64,000 nucleotides of DNA, taken from contig JAKIWO010000001.1 in the NCBI GenBank assembly GCA_022749995.1, forward strand, positions 22,410 through 86,409, in the 5' to 3' direction. The notes below the pieces were generated by a model. That model made no database searches and had not been told where the DNA came from. It worked only from the letters and a program-made list of their open reading frames with translations. The stretch comes from Thermoplasmata archaeon. GTDB taxonomy: Archaea > Thermoplasmatota > Thermoplasmata > Lutacidiplasmatales > UBA184. Shown here piece after piece: positions 1 through 8,508 of the stretch. The stretch's first letter is position 1. The number at the start of each line of letters is the position of its first letter. Both the position numbers and the translations under genes were made by a program.

Positions 1-2583
1 AGCATGCGGGTGCACACGGGGGACAACATCGTCATCGCCCCGTCCCAGACGCTCTCGGACGAGGAGTACCAGCGGCTGCGCCAGGCGGCGCTGCGCGCCG
101 CTGAGGTGGTGGGGATCATCGGCGAGTGCAACATCCAGTTCGCCCTCGACCCCGAGAGCGAGGAGTATTTCGCCATCGAGATCAACGCCCGGCTCTCCCG
201 ATCGAGCGCGCTGGCCTCCAAGGCGACCGGCTATCCGCTCGCCTACGTCGCGGCCAAGCTCGCGCTCGGCTACACCCTGCCCGAGCTCAAGAACCGGGTC
301 ACGGGGACGACGACCGCCTGCTTTGAGCCCGCGCTCGACTATGTCGTGGTCAAGCTCCCCCGCTGGGACCTGAGGAAGTTCGCCCACGCCGACCCCTCGC
401 TCGGGCCGTCGATGAAGAGCGTGGGGGAGGTGATGGGTATCGGCGCGAGCTTCCCCGAAGCGCTCAGCAAGGCGGTCCGGATGGAGGACCCCCGAGCCGA
501 CCTGGTCCCTCCGACGATGGCCCGCCCGCTCGAGCAGGTGGTCACGGAGCTGCTCCCGATGCGCCCGGAGATCCTGTTCACGCTGCTCGAGGCGCTCCGG
601 GCCGGTGGGGACGCGCGCGAGCTGGCGCACCGCACCTGGATCGACCCGTGGTTCGTGGAGGAGCTCGCCAGCATCGAGCGGGTGCACCGGGCGCTGGGTG
701 GGGTCACGGGGGGGACGCTCCCTACCGATCTGCTCCGTCGCGCCAAGGAACTCGGGCTCTCGGACCGGGCGATCGCCCGGGCGGCCCGGATCGACGAGGA
801 GGAGGTGCGGCGGCAGCGCCTCTCCGCCGGCGTATGTCCCCGGATCCGGATGATCGACACCCTCGCCGGCGAGTGGCCGGCGAAGACCAACTACCTGTAC
901 ATCACCTACCGCGCCGACGCCGACGACGTGGAGCGGGTCCCGGAGGGCTCGGTGCTCGTGCTCGGCGCCGGACCCTACCGGATCGGCTCCAGCGTCGAGT
1001 TCGACTGGTCGACGATGAATCTCGTGGACGGGCTCAAGGCGGAGGGGGTCCCGACCGTGGCGGTGCTCAACTCCAACCCCGAGACCGTCTCCACCGACTA
1101 CGACCGGTCCGACCGGCTCTACTTCGAAGAGATCACCCTCGAACGGGTCCGGGACCTCTTCGAGTTCGAGAAGTTCCGGGGCGTCGTCACCTGCGTCGGC
1201 AGCCAGCTCGCGCAGAACCTGACTCCGCTGCTCGCTGCCTGCGGGATCCCCGTGCTGGGGACGGCGCCGGCCTCGATCGACACCGCCGAGGACCGGGCCC
1301 GCTTCGGCGAGCTGCTGCAGCGGCTCGGTGTGCCGCAGCCGGCCTGGCGGGCCTTCACCACGACCGATGCGGCGGAAGCGTTCGCCGAAGAGGTCGGGTA
1401 CCCTGTGCTCGTCCGGCCTTCCTACGTCCTCTCGGGAGCGGCGATGCGGGTCATCTCCGGAAGGCACGACCTCGCACGCTTCCTGGGGGAGGCCGCCCGG
1501 TTGTCCCCGGAGCACCCCGTCGTACTCTCCAAGTTCATCGAGGGGGCCGACGAAGTGGAACTCGACGGGGTCTCCGATGGAAAGAAAGTGCTGGTCGCCG
1601 GGATCCTGGAGCACGTCGAGCGGGCCGGGATCCACTCGGGGGACGCCATCTTCTGCTTGCCGCCACGGCACACCACCGCGGCGATGCAGGCGGAGCTGTG
1701 CCGCTGCGCCGAGCGGCTCGCCCGCGAGCTCGAGATTCGCGGCCCGTTCAACATCCAATTCCTGGTCAAAGCGGGAGCCTACCAGATCATCGAGCTCAAC
1801 CTGAGGGCCAGCCGGTCGCTGCCGTTCCTGGCCAAGGCGACCGGGGTGCCGCTCCTGCGGGAAGCGGCCCGCGCGATGCTCGGGAAAGGATTGAGCCGGG
1901 AAGGGATCGCCCCGCTGCCACCCCACCGGTGGGGGGTCAAGGTGCCGCAGTTCTCGTTCCTGCAGGTCTCCGGCTCCGACCCGCTGCTGGGCGTGGAGAT
2001 GCAGTCCACCGGGGAGGTCGCGTGCTTCGGGCCGACCTTCTCCGACGCGCTGGTCAAGGCGCTGCTGGCCACCGGCGTGAAGTTGGCCGAGCCCGGCGGC
2101 ACCGCGCTGCTCTCGGTGGGCGGCCTCGAGCTCAAGGAGGCGCTGCTGCCCACCGCCCGACGGCTCTCCGAGCTCGGCTTCATCCTGGCAGGAACCGAGG
2201 ACACCGCCGCCTTCCTCGGGGCGCGGGGCCTACGGGGGGTCCAGGTGCTGCACAAGGTCTCCGAGCCGGACCGGCACCCGAACGTGCTCGAAGCGCTCGA
2301 CCGTGGCCAAGTGGCCCTCATCCTGAACGTCCCCTCCTCCCTGACCCAGGAGAAGTTCGAGCGGATGCTGGAGGATGAGTACACGATCCGGCGTCGGGCG
2401 ATCGAGCTGGGGCTGCCGCTGTTCACCAGCCTCGAGTCCTTCGCCGCCTACGTCGAAGGGATCGACTGGCTCACCCGCCACCCGATGACCGTGGAGCCGC
2501 TCTACGGGTCGCCGGAGCCCGGTGGGAAGCACCGGACCGCGGCGCGCTCGGTCCGGATGCGGCGGGGCCGCGCCCGGGCCTAG
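1..2583 (+). CDS. carB: Carbamoyl-phosphate synthase large subunit (5' end lies upstream of the window)
   Basis: HTGD, EINARLSRSSALASKATGYP, GSSVEFDW, NSNPETVSTDYD, second ATP-grasp domain, C-terminal MGS-like domain. Confidence 0.97.
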   Translation, partial: SMRVHTGDNIVIAPSQTLSDEEYQRLRQAALRAAEVVGIIGECNIQFALDPESEEYFAIEINARLSRSSALASKATGYPLAYVAAKLALGYTLPELKNRVTGTTTACFEPALDYVVVKLPRWDLRKFAHADPSLGPSMKSVGEVMGIGASFPEALSKAVRMEDPRADLVPPTMARPLEQVVTELLPMRPEILFTLLEALRAGGDARELAHRTWIDPWFVEELASIERVHRALGGVTGGTLPTDLLRRAKELGLSDRAIARAARIDEEEVRRQRLSAGVCPRIRMIDTLAGEWPAKTNYLYITYRADADDVERVPEGSVLVLGAGPYRIGSSVEFDWSTMNLVDGLKAEGVPTVAVLNSNPETVSTDYDRSDRLYFEEITLERVRDLFEFEKFRGVVTCVGSQLAQNLTPLLAACGIPVLGTAPASIDTAEDRARFGELLQRLGVPQPAWRAFTTTDAAEAFAEEVGYPVLVRPSYVLSGAAMRVISGRHDLARFLGEAARLSPEHPVVLSKFIEGADEVELDGVSDGKKVLVAGILEHVERAGIHSGDAIFCLPPRHTTAAMQAELCRCAERLARELEIRGPFNIQFLVKAGAYQIIELNLRASRSLPFLAKATGVPLLREAARAMLGKGLSREGIAPLPPHRWGVKVPQFSFLQVSGSDPLLGVEMQSTGEVACFGPTFSDALVKALLATGVKLAEPGGTALLSVGGLELKEALLPTARRLSELGFILAGTEDTAAFLGARGLRGVQVLHKVSEPDRHPNVLEALDRGQVALILNVPSSLTQEKFERMLEDEYTIRRRAIELGLPLFTSLESFAAYVEGIDWLTRHPMTVEPLYGSPEPGGKHRTAARSVRMRRGRARA

Positions 2584-3248
2584 AACGCGAACTTCGTGAC
2601 CGAGTACTCGGGCACGAGGGTGCTCGTGTCCACCACCTCGGGCAGGCCGCGGATCTTGGTGGTGACGAAGTCGAGGATCGTGCGCTTGGTCGGGCCGCCC
2701 GTGCCCTCGAACTCGAGCACGAGGAAGGCGTCCCAATCCCCCGTGAGCAGGTGCAGCTCCCGGACCTGCGGGAAGGCGAGCACCGTCTCCCGGAAGGCGT
2801 CGACGTCGCCGCCCCGGATCTTGAGGTACGTGAAGGCACGCAGCACCGGCATCTCCGCCGGCATGAGCTCGCACAGCCGATCCTCGGTGAACGCCTCGAC
2901 CCCTTCGAGCCGCCCGCCCCGGGGTCCGATCAGCACGGGGAAAGTCTGGACGCCGCGGAGCTGCTCGGTGACGATCCGCTCGAGCCGACCGGCCTTGGCC
3001 ACGTCCTTGACCTCGATCGAGTAGCCGCGCTTGGCTGCGATCTCCTCGGCCAGGGCGAGAGCGTGCGCCTGGTCGTCGGACAGGAAGAACGCCGACTCGC
3101 CCGGCTCCATCCGGTCGTCGGCACCGGTCATCGCCGCCCCGCCCATACCGGCTCCATCGGCGCGGGGGGCCGCGGGGCGGTAGAAGCTCGTGACGACCTT
3201 CCGGCTTTCGACATACATCTGCAGCCGTCGGGCCCCGGTATCGGCCAT
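2580..3248 (-). CDS. Lrp/AsnC ligand-binding (RAM) domain protein with an N-terminal glutaredoxin-like region and no HTH
   Basis: C-terminal AFTYLKI..FPQVRELHLLTGDWD..IRGLPEVVDTSTLV is AsnC-type; TTTAATA box about 25 nt upstream (3272-3278). Confidence 0.7.
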   Translation of the reverse strand: MADTGARRLQMYVESRKVVTSFYRPAAPRADGAGMGGAAMTGADDRMEPGESAFFLSDDQAHALALAEEIAAKRGYSIEVKDVAKAGRLERIVTEQLRGVQTFPVLIGPRGGRLEGVEAFTEDRLCELMPAEMPVLRAFTYLKIRGGDVDAFRETVLAFPQVRELHLLTGDWDAFLVLEFEGTGGPTKRTILDFVTTKIRGLPEVVDTSTLVPEYSVTKFAF

Positions 3249-3371
3249 CGACGCGCCGAGGTCGGGACGTCTATTAAACCCGTGCGAAGAAGTTCAGGGG
3301 GCCGCCGTAGCGGCCCCCGGCGGGCCGGACGGGAACACCCGCCCGGCCCTGGGTTGGTTGGACGAGTCGCG

Positions 3372-3905
3372 CTAGTACGTGTCGGAGCGCTCGCGGCCGC
3401 CACCGCCGCCGCCACCGCCGGGCTGGCTGCCGCCGCCACCGCCACCGCCACCGCGGTCACCGTAGCCGCGCCCTCCGCCGTACCCACCGCCGCCGCCGCC
3501 AGAGCCCCGGTCACGGAAGCCGCCGCCCCCGAAGGAGCGCCGCTCGGACTCGAACTCTTGCTGGCTCATGTCGAGGCCCTGATTGACCTCGGCGATCGGG
3601 TCGGTCGACTTGGTCATCGTCCCGTAGCGACCGACGTTGAGGCGCATGTGGCCCCGGACGAGGGACACGTAGCCGTTGTCGATCAGTACAACATCATCCT
3701 TCGCGATCGTTCCGATCTGCTCGTTCCAGAGCGAGAGGGTGATGACGGCCGTCTCGTCACCGATCACGGCCTCGGCGACCTTCCTCGGGTCCCCATACTT
3801 GCCCATCACTTCCTTCGCCTCTCCTACGTTCACCACCTTTGCGTGGACGTTCACTTGCTTCGAGCTCGGCGTCAGGTCGCGCACTTTGGTCATGGTCTTC
3901 TCCAT
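3372..3905 (-). CDS. ssb: Single-stranded DNA-binding protein (single OB fold with Gly/Arg-rich tail)
   Basis: KVRDLTP..VNVHAKV..VAEAVIGDETAVITLSLWNEQ..NGYVSLVRGHMRLNVGRYG. Confidence 0.9.
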   Translation of the reverse strand: MEKTMTKVRDLTPSSKQVNVHAKVVNVGEAKEVMGKYGDPRKVAEAVIGDETAVITLSLWNEQIGTIAKDDVVLIDNGYVSLVRGHMRLNVGRYGTMTKSTDPIAEVNQGLDMSQQEFESERRSFGGGGFRDRGSGGGGGGYGGGRGYGDRGGGGGGGGSQPGGGGGGGGRERSDTY

Positions 3906-4059
3906 TGGTCGTCGCCTCTTGTTCGCTTGTTGCGTTGTGAAGTTCGCCCGGTGGGCCTCGGCCCACCTGTGCGACGAACGTCAAAACAAATCTGACGAGA
4001 TCGGCTCAAGCTGGCCGGGACGGATCGAGGTTCCTTCGGAACGCTCACCCCGGTGCCCG

Positions 4060-4066
4060 TATTTAA
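4060..4066 (-). promoter_or_regulatory. TATA box (TTAAATA) for ssb, implying a leader of about 130 nt
   Basis: AT-rich box in a GC-rich background, about 155 nt upstream of the ssb ATG. Confidence 0.55.
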
Positions 4067-4166
4067 CGGCTCGTTTGCCACGCGACGGTGGCGCCGGCCG
4101 GCGGCCCGGAGCGCCCTACAGACGGAACAGAGGATTTTTCCCCCGAGCGTCCTCCACCGGCGGAGG

Positions 4167-4934
4167 GTGGGTCTCCGGGTGACCCAGCAGTTCGACATCG
4201 GAGTCCATCACTTCTTGCGGCAGGAGTGGCGGATGGCAGCTACTGCGTTCCGGGAGGTGCTCCGGGAGTCCCCGGCGGACGCCCGGGGCTGGTCGTACCT
4301 GGGCGTGTGCCTGTCGCACCTCGGCGATGGCGGCGAGGCGGAGTTCGCCCTCTCCCGCGCCGTCGCGCTCTCGCCGCAGGACGGCGAGGCTTGGTTCCAT
4401 CTGGGGGTCGCTCGATCGCTCCGCGAGGAGTGGGACCGGGCGGCGAACGCTCACCGTCGGGCCGTGGCGCTCCTGCCGAACGACTTGGTGGCCTGGCACC
4501 GGCTCGGCGTCGCGCTGGCCGAGAGCGGGGAGCGCGCGAGCGCCGAGACGGCGTTCGAGCGAGCGCTCGTCCTCTCCCGCGAGACGGGGGAGATCATGCC
4601 GGAGGTGCCGGAGATCACGTCGAGCCGTCCGGACGTCCACTTGGCCGAGGCGGCCGAGCGGGAGGATTCCAGAGAGGGCGACAGTTGGCTCACGCTGGCT
4701 CTCTCGCTGCTCAGTCTGGGGGAGGAGGAGGAGGCGATGGCCGCTTTCGAGCGGGCCTACACCATCGACCCGGAACGAGCCGACCGCTCGCTCTTCAGAC
4801 CCATGCTCCGGCTGCTCACCGTCGCGGGCGGACGCCCGATCGACGAGGAGCCAGAGTTCGAAGGACCCGAGCCGCCGATGCGTCCGAGCGCTCCGCCGCC
4901 TCGCCCGCCGCCCAGGCGTCCGGAAGTCGCGTAG
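4167..4934 (+). CDS. Tetratricopeptide repeat protein
   Basis: Repeated TPR motifs (WSYLGVCL, AWFHLGVA, AWHRLGVAL, SWLTLALSL); GTG start chosen, the ORF extends to 4053. Confidence 0.85.
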   Translation: MGLRVTQQFDIGVHHFLRQEWRMAATAFREVLRESPADARGWSYLGVCLSHLGDGGEAEFALSRAVALSPQDGEAWFHLGVARSLREEWDRAANAHRRAVALLPNDLVAWHRLGVALAESGERASAETAFERALVLSRETGEIMPEVPEITSSRPDVHLAEAAEREDSREGDSWLTLALSLLSLGEEEEAMAAFERAYTIDPERADRSLFRPMLRLLTVAGGRPIDEEPEFEGPEPPMRPSAPPPRPPPRRPEVA

Positions 4935-4935
4935 G

Positions 4936-6111
4936 TTACGGCGCCGGGATGGGCGGCCCGCCGGAGGGGCCGGTCGAGCCGGGTGCGGCCTCGAGAATGA
5001 GTGACTCCGCAATCGGCCGCACGGCCTCGCGGCGCGCTGCGTGTTCGGAGAGGAAGGGCAGCACCCGCTCGGTGAGCTTCGCCTTGCACTCCCCGCAGAG
5101 CATCGCACCCGATCGGCAGTCGGCGGTGACCTGCTGGAACTCCTCCTCGTCGCGGGCGAACTTGGAGCGCCAGAGCGCCCAGACCGAGCAGATCTCGGGG
5201 GTGGCGCCGAGCCTCCGCTGCTCCTCGACGGTGGCACGGCCCCCTGTGAAGGCGTTGCGCAGCTTGCGCGTGGCCTCCTCCGGCCGGTCATTCAGGTAGA
5301 GGGCGTTGTCCTTCTCCTGGCCGGAGCTCGACATCTTGCCGCCCAGCAGCCCGGGGAGGATCTGGCTGTGGATCAGCGAGGGTTTGGGGTAGCCGAGCGG
5401 CTCCGCCACGTCTCGGGTGACCCGGAAGTGCGGGTCCTGGTCGATCCCGCACGGAATGAGGCAGGGGATCGGCTGGCCGGTGCGCCAGGACGGGTAGAAG
5501 CAGGGGACGCTCTGGAGCGCCGTGTAGAAGACGAGCCCGATGTTGGTGCTCGTCGGGAAGCCGAAGACCGCCTTCACGGTGGAGTAGGGGATGCGCTTCG
5601 CCACATCCACGGCCAGGGAGTACATCGTGGCGATGCTGCGGGTGTCGAAGAACACCCGGGTGCGCTTCGGGTCGAAGCCGACGGCAAGGATGTCCAGCAG
5701 GTTCTCCAGGCCCCACTGCTGGGTCGCCTCCCGCGTGTACTGCGGCCGCAGCCAGAACTTCTCGTCGTCGGTGATCTGGACGTACATCGACGCGCCGAAC
5801 CGTTCCTGGAACCAGCGGCAGAGCTCGAACGGCGCCAGGTGGGCCGTGTGCATCGGCCCGGAAGGTCCCCGTCCCGAGTAGAGGAAGAACGGTTTCTTGC
5901 CGGCAATGGCGGAAAGAATCTGGGAGAGGTCCCGGTGGGAGTAGTACACTCCCCGGGATAGGAGGGGTGGCAAGGGAGCCCCCGCGAGTCGGGCGAGCTC
6001 CTGGCGCAGCTCGTCGGTCAGGTCCTGGGTGCCGAAGAGCACCCGCAGCCGGTCGTAGTCGATCTGGCCCTTGACCTCGTACGGGGTGACGCTGAACTTC
6101 TCGCCGGGCAC
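4936..6111 (-). CDS. trpS: Tryptophan--tRNA ligase (archaeal/eukaryotic type)
   Basis: YSGRGPSGPMHTAH (HIGH), QITDDEKF, IPCGIDQDPHFR, KMSSS, AFTGG. Confidence 0.96.
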   Translation of the reverse strand: MPGEKFSVTPYEVKGQIDYDRLRVLFGTQDLTDELRQELARLAGAPLPPLLSRGVYYSHRDLSQILSAIAGKKPFFLYSGRGPSGPMHTAHLAPFELCRWFQERFGASMYVQITDDEKFWLRPQYTREATQQWGLENLLDILAVGFDPKRTRVFFDTRSIATMYSLAVDVAKRIPYSTVKAVFGFPTSTNIGLVFYTALQSVPCFYPSWRTGQPIPCLIPCGIDQDPHFRVTRDVAEPLGYPKPSLIHSQILPGLLGGKMSSSGQEKDNALYLNDRPEEATRKLRNAFTGGRATVEEQRRLGATPEICSVWALWRSKFARDEEEFQQVTADCRSGAMLCGECKAKLTERVLPFLSEHAARREAVRPIAESLILEAAPGSTGPSGGPPIPAP

Positions 6112-6115
6112 GCGG

Positions 6116-6424
6116 CTAGCCCTCAGGGAAGGAGATCTTCTGCAGGAGCGAGCTGCGCTCGGAGGGCGGGACCCCGATCGAGGCCAGGTACTCGGCCACG
6201 CAGCTGCGGGAGTGCAGGTGGTGGACCGTGTTCCCGCAGACCGGGCATCGGGCGGTGCCCTCGATGAGCCGGCGCAACCCCTCCCGGCCCGCAGCGGAAT
6301 CCCGCCGCGCGAACCGGTCGACCATGAGTGCGCCCCCGCTCGAGCTCTCCAGGTTGGAGAGCGGCACTTTGAGCGGGGTGTTGCACACGCCGCAGCGGGC
6401 GGGCAACCGGCACGTGCAAGCCAT
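6116..6424 (-). CDS. Small Cys-rich putative zinc-binding protein
   Basis: CTC, CGVC, CPVC and HxxxC motifs; ends 4 nt before the trpS start. Confidence 0.6.
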   Translation of the reverse strand: MACTCRLPARCGVCNTPLKVPLSNLESSSGGALMVDRFARRDSAAGREGLRRLIEGTARCPVCGNTVHHLHSRSCVAEYLASIGVPPSERSSLLQKISFPEG

Positions 6425-6524
6425 CTCGAAGGGGTACGACGACCTACTGTCGCAAAAGCTCATCGGCGGAGAAGTCGGCCGGCGCGAGGTCTATGTACCC
6501 CCTCCTGCCCTTGTAGACGGGTCG

Positions 6525-6866
6525 GTGATTTTCTTGCCGAACGATGACCCCACGCGAGCGACGATGCTCGAGCTCTTGCGCCAGCTGAACCGCAGCGAGG
6601 AGGAGCACGCCCAGGACTCGCCGGACCGCGCGAAGGAGCTGCCCGACCTCGAGGGCACGCTCGGTGGGTTCTGGGCCGTGAAAAGCGGGCAGGTGTCGGT
6701 GCGGTTCGCGCTGGGGCTGTTGCTCAAGAACCAGATGATACGGCAGAACTCGGACCAAGAGTTCTCCTGGGGCAAGGGCCGCTCCATGGGCAGCCGCTTT
6801 GCGATCACCACGCAAGGCAAACAGTTCCTGCTCGCCTCGATCGAGGACGCTGGACGGGTGAAGTAG
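6525..6866 (+). CDS. Hypothetical protein, possible winged helix
   Basis: Coding-like composition; C-terminal RFAITTQGKQFL resembles a wHTH wing. Confidence 0.55.
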   Translation: MIFLPNDDPTRATMLELLRQLNRSEEEHAQDSPDRAKELPDLEGTLGGFWAVKSGQVSVRFALGLLLKNQMIRQNSDQEFSWGKGRSMGSRFAITTQGKQFLLASIEDAGRVK

Positions 6867-6928
6867 TCCGGTCTCGGCTGCCGGGGCCGGGCGACCGGGC
6901 CCGGGTGAGCCGCAGACGCGATGGCGTG

Positions 6929-7336
6929 CTAGGTTCGACCCGTCGCTCGCAAGGCCTGGACGACCCATTCGAAGAGCCGTCGAGCGTGCTGCCCCAGTCC
7001 CACGGTCGTCGCCGCAGAAGCCGCCTCGGCTCCGTACTCGACCCGACTGTTCGACTCGAGGAGCGCCAGCAGGTGACGGATCGCCGGGTCGTTCCCTGTC
7101 GCAGGAACGGTGCGCAGGAGGTCCGCTGCGCCCGCGTGGTCCTCGCCGCTCCAGACCTGACCGAGGAGCGCGCACGTCAGCGCGTCCACCGCCGAGATCC
7201 CGAGATGGATCGCGCACACGCTGGCGGTCTCCCATTCCTTTTCCTCCAGGGCGCGAGAGAGCTGACGCTCGTACTGGCGCGCCCGCCGTAGGTAGACCGG
7301 ATACCGGCTCGGGGGGAGCTTACGGATGCGCGCCAT
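6929..7336 (-). CDS. HEPN domain protein (toxin-like partner of MNT)
   Basis: Helical; AIHLGISAVDAL..GEDH..SRVEYG; overlaps the MNT stop. Confidence 0.75.
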   Translation of the reverse strand: MARIRKLPPSRYPVYLRRARQYERQLSRALEEKEWETASVCAIHLGISAVDALTCALLGQVWSGEDHAGAADLLRTVPATGNDPAIRHLLALLESNSRVEYGAEAASAATTVGLGQHARRLFEWVVQALRATGRT

Positions 7337-7931
7337 CGGCCGCTCCGGTGGGCACGGGCAGGGCGCTCCGCTCAATGGAGCGGAGGAAGCCCCGGCCTCG
7401 ACCGGTCCGCACCTCGTGCGTCGTCAGGACCAGAGGGGACAGCGGATTGCCGTACTTTCTCCACAGAAGCTCTCGACCCACCGCCAATCGTTCCCGAACA
7501 CGTTCCGACGCATCGGGGGAGTCCGTCTCGATGAACAGGTCGACATCACTGTCGGCTCGCTCTGCCCGCTTCGGGATCGATCCGTAGAGGAGCGCCCGGT
7601 TCGCGGGGAGTCCCTCCAGGAGCTCCGCCAGGTCCACGAGGAGCTCCTCGCGGAGCGTTCCCTCGCGCTCGAACAGCCGAGCGAGCGCCGGAGCCCAGAT
7701 GTGGTCCGGATTCCAACCCCAGAGGTACGATCGCCCCGCGGTCTCGGCCCGAGCCAAGCCCTGGTCCTGGAGCTTGGTGAGCACCCGAGCGACCTGGGCG
7801 GTGGAGCCGCCGGCTCGGCGGGCCACTTCCCGACCGGTCAGTCGGGAGGTGGCGTGGGTGAACAGGGCGCGGAGTACGCGGACGTGGCTAGGGCTCGCGA
7901 GCAGTTCGTCCAGAGAATCCTCGAACTTCAT
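7320..7931 (-). CDS. HTH plus minimal nucleotidyltransferase (MNT) antitoxin
   Basis: N-terminal HTH (TGREVARRAG); LLYGS-x10-DVDL nucleotidyltransferase motif. Confidence 0.85.
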   Translation of the reverse strand: MKFEDSLDELLASPSHVRVLRALFTHATSRLTGREVARRAGGSTAQVARVLTKLQDQGLARAETAGRSYLWGWNPDHIWAPALARLFEREGTLREELLVDLAELLEGLPANRALLYGSIPKRAERADSDVDLFIETDSPDASERVRERLAVGRELLWRKYGNPLSPLVLTTHEVRTGRGRGFLRSIERSALPVPTGAADGAHP

Positions 7932-7936
7932 GGCAT

Positions 7937-7978
7937 TGTCTCACCAAAGAGTTACATGTCTCACGTAGTATATGAGAC
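7937..7978 (-). promoter_or_regulatory. Putative autoregulatory operator/promoter of the MNT-HEPN pair
   Basis: TGTCTCAC at 7937 and 7957; GTCTCA-N9-TGAGAC palindrome at 7958-7978 around an AT-rich core. Confidence 0.55.
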
Positions 7979-8052
7979 GGACGGCGCTCGCGGAGGGTGA
8001 GGACGTGCCTCCGTTCGCCAACCGTTAAGTAGCCCCCCACTTCCCTTTCGCC

Positions 8053-8508
8053 GTGTCCCGGATTCACTCCGGTCGCAAGGGCCGTTCCGGCTCCCACCGA
8101 CCCTACCCGCTCACCAAGCCCGAGTGGGTCACCGCCGAGCCCGAAGAGACCCGGGAGCAGGCGGTTCGGCTGGCCAAGTCAGGACTTTCCCCGGCCCAAG
8201 TCGGGGCCACACTGCGCGACAGTTTCGGCGTTCCTTCGATCCGAACCGTCACCGGCAAGCGGATGCAGCCGCTGCTGCACGAGGCGGGAATTCGCGCGGA
8301 CTTGCCGGAGGACCTCCAAGCGCTGCTCAAGCGGGTCGTCCACCTGCAGCGGCACCTGACCACCCACCCCCACGACAACTCCAACCGGCGGGGACTCAAT
8401 CTGATGGAGTCCCGCATCCGCCGACTGGCCCGATACTACCGGCGACGCCGGACACTCCCCGAAGACTGGAGATACACCTCGGCGCGCGCGGTGCTCCAGG
8501 TGGAGTGA
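8053..8508 (+). CDS. rps15: 30S ribosomal protein S15 (uS15, archaeal S13e/S15 type)
   Basis: MSRIHSGRKGRSGSHRP..LRDSFGVP..LPEDL..RRGLNLMESRIRRLARYY; TTAAGTA box at about 8026. Confidence 0.97.
   Translation: MSRIHSGRKGRSGSHRPYPLTKPEWVTAEPEETREQAVRLAKSGLSPAQVGATLRDSFGVPSIRTVTGKRMQPLLHEAGIRADLPEDLQALLKRVVHLQRHLTTHPHDNSNRRGLNLMESRIRRLARYYRRRRTLPEDWRYTSARAVLQVE

Noticed and set aside
3395..3530. GCC/CCG tandem repeats as a repeat array or CRISPR
   Set aside because: They encode the poly-Gly tail of SSB; no repeat-spacer periodicity was seen anywhere in the window
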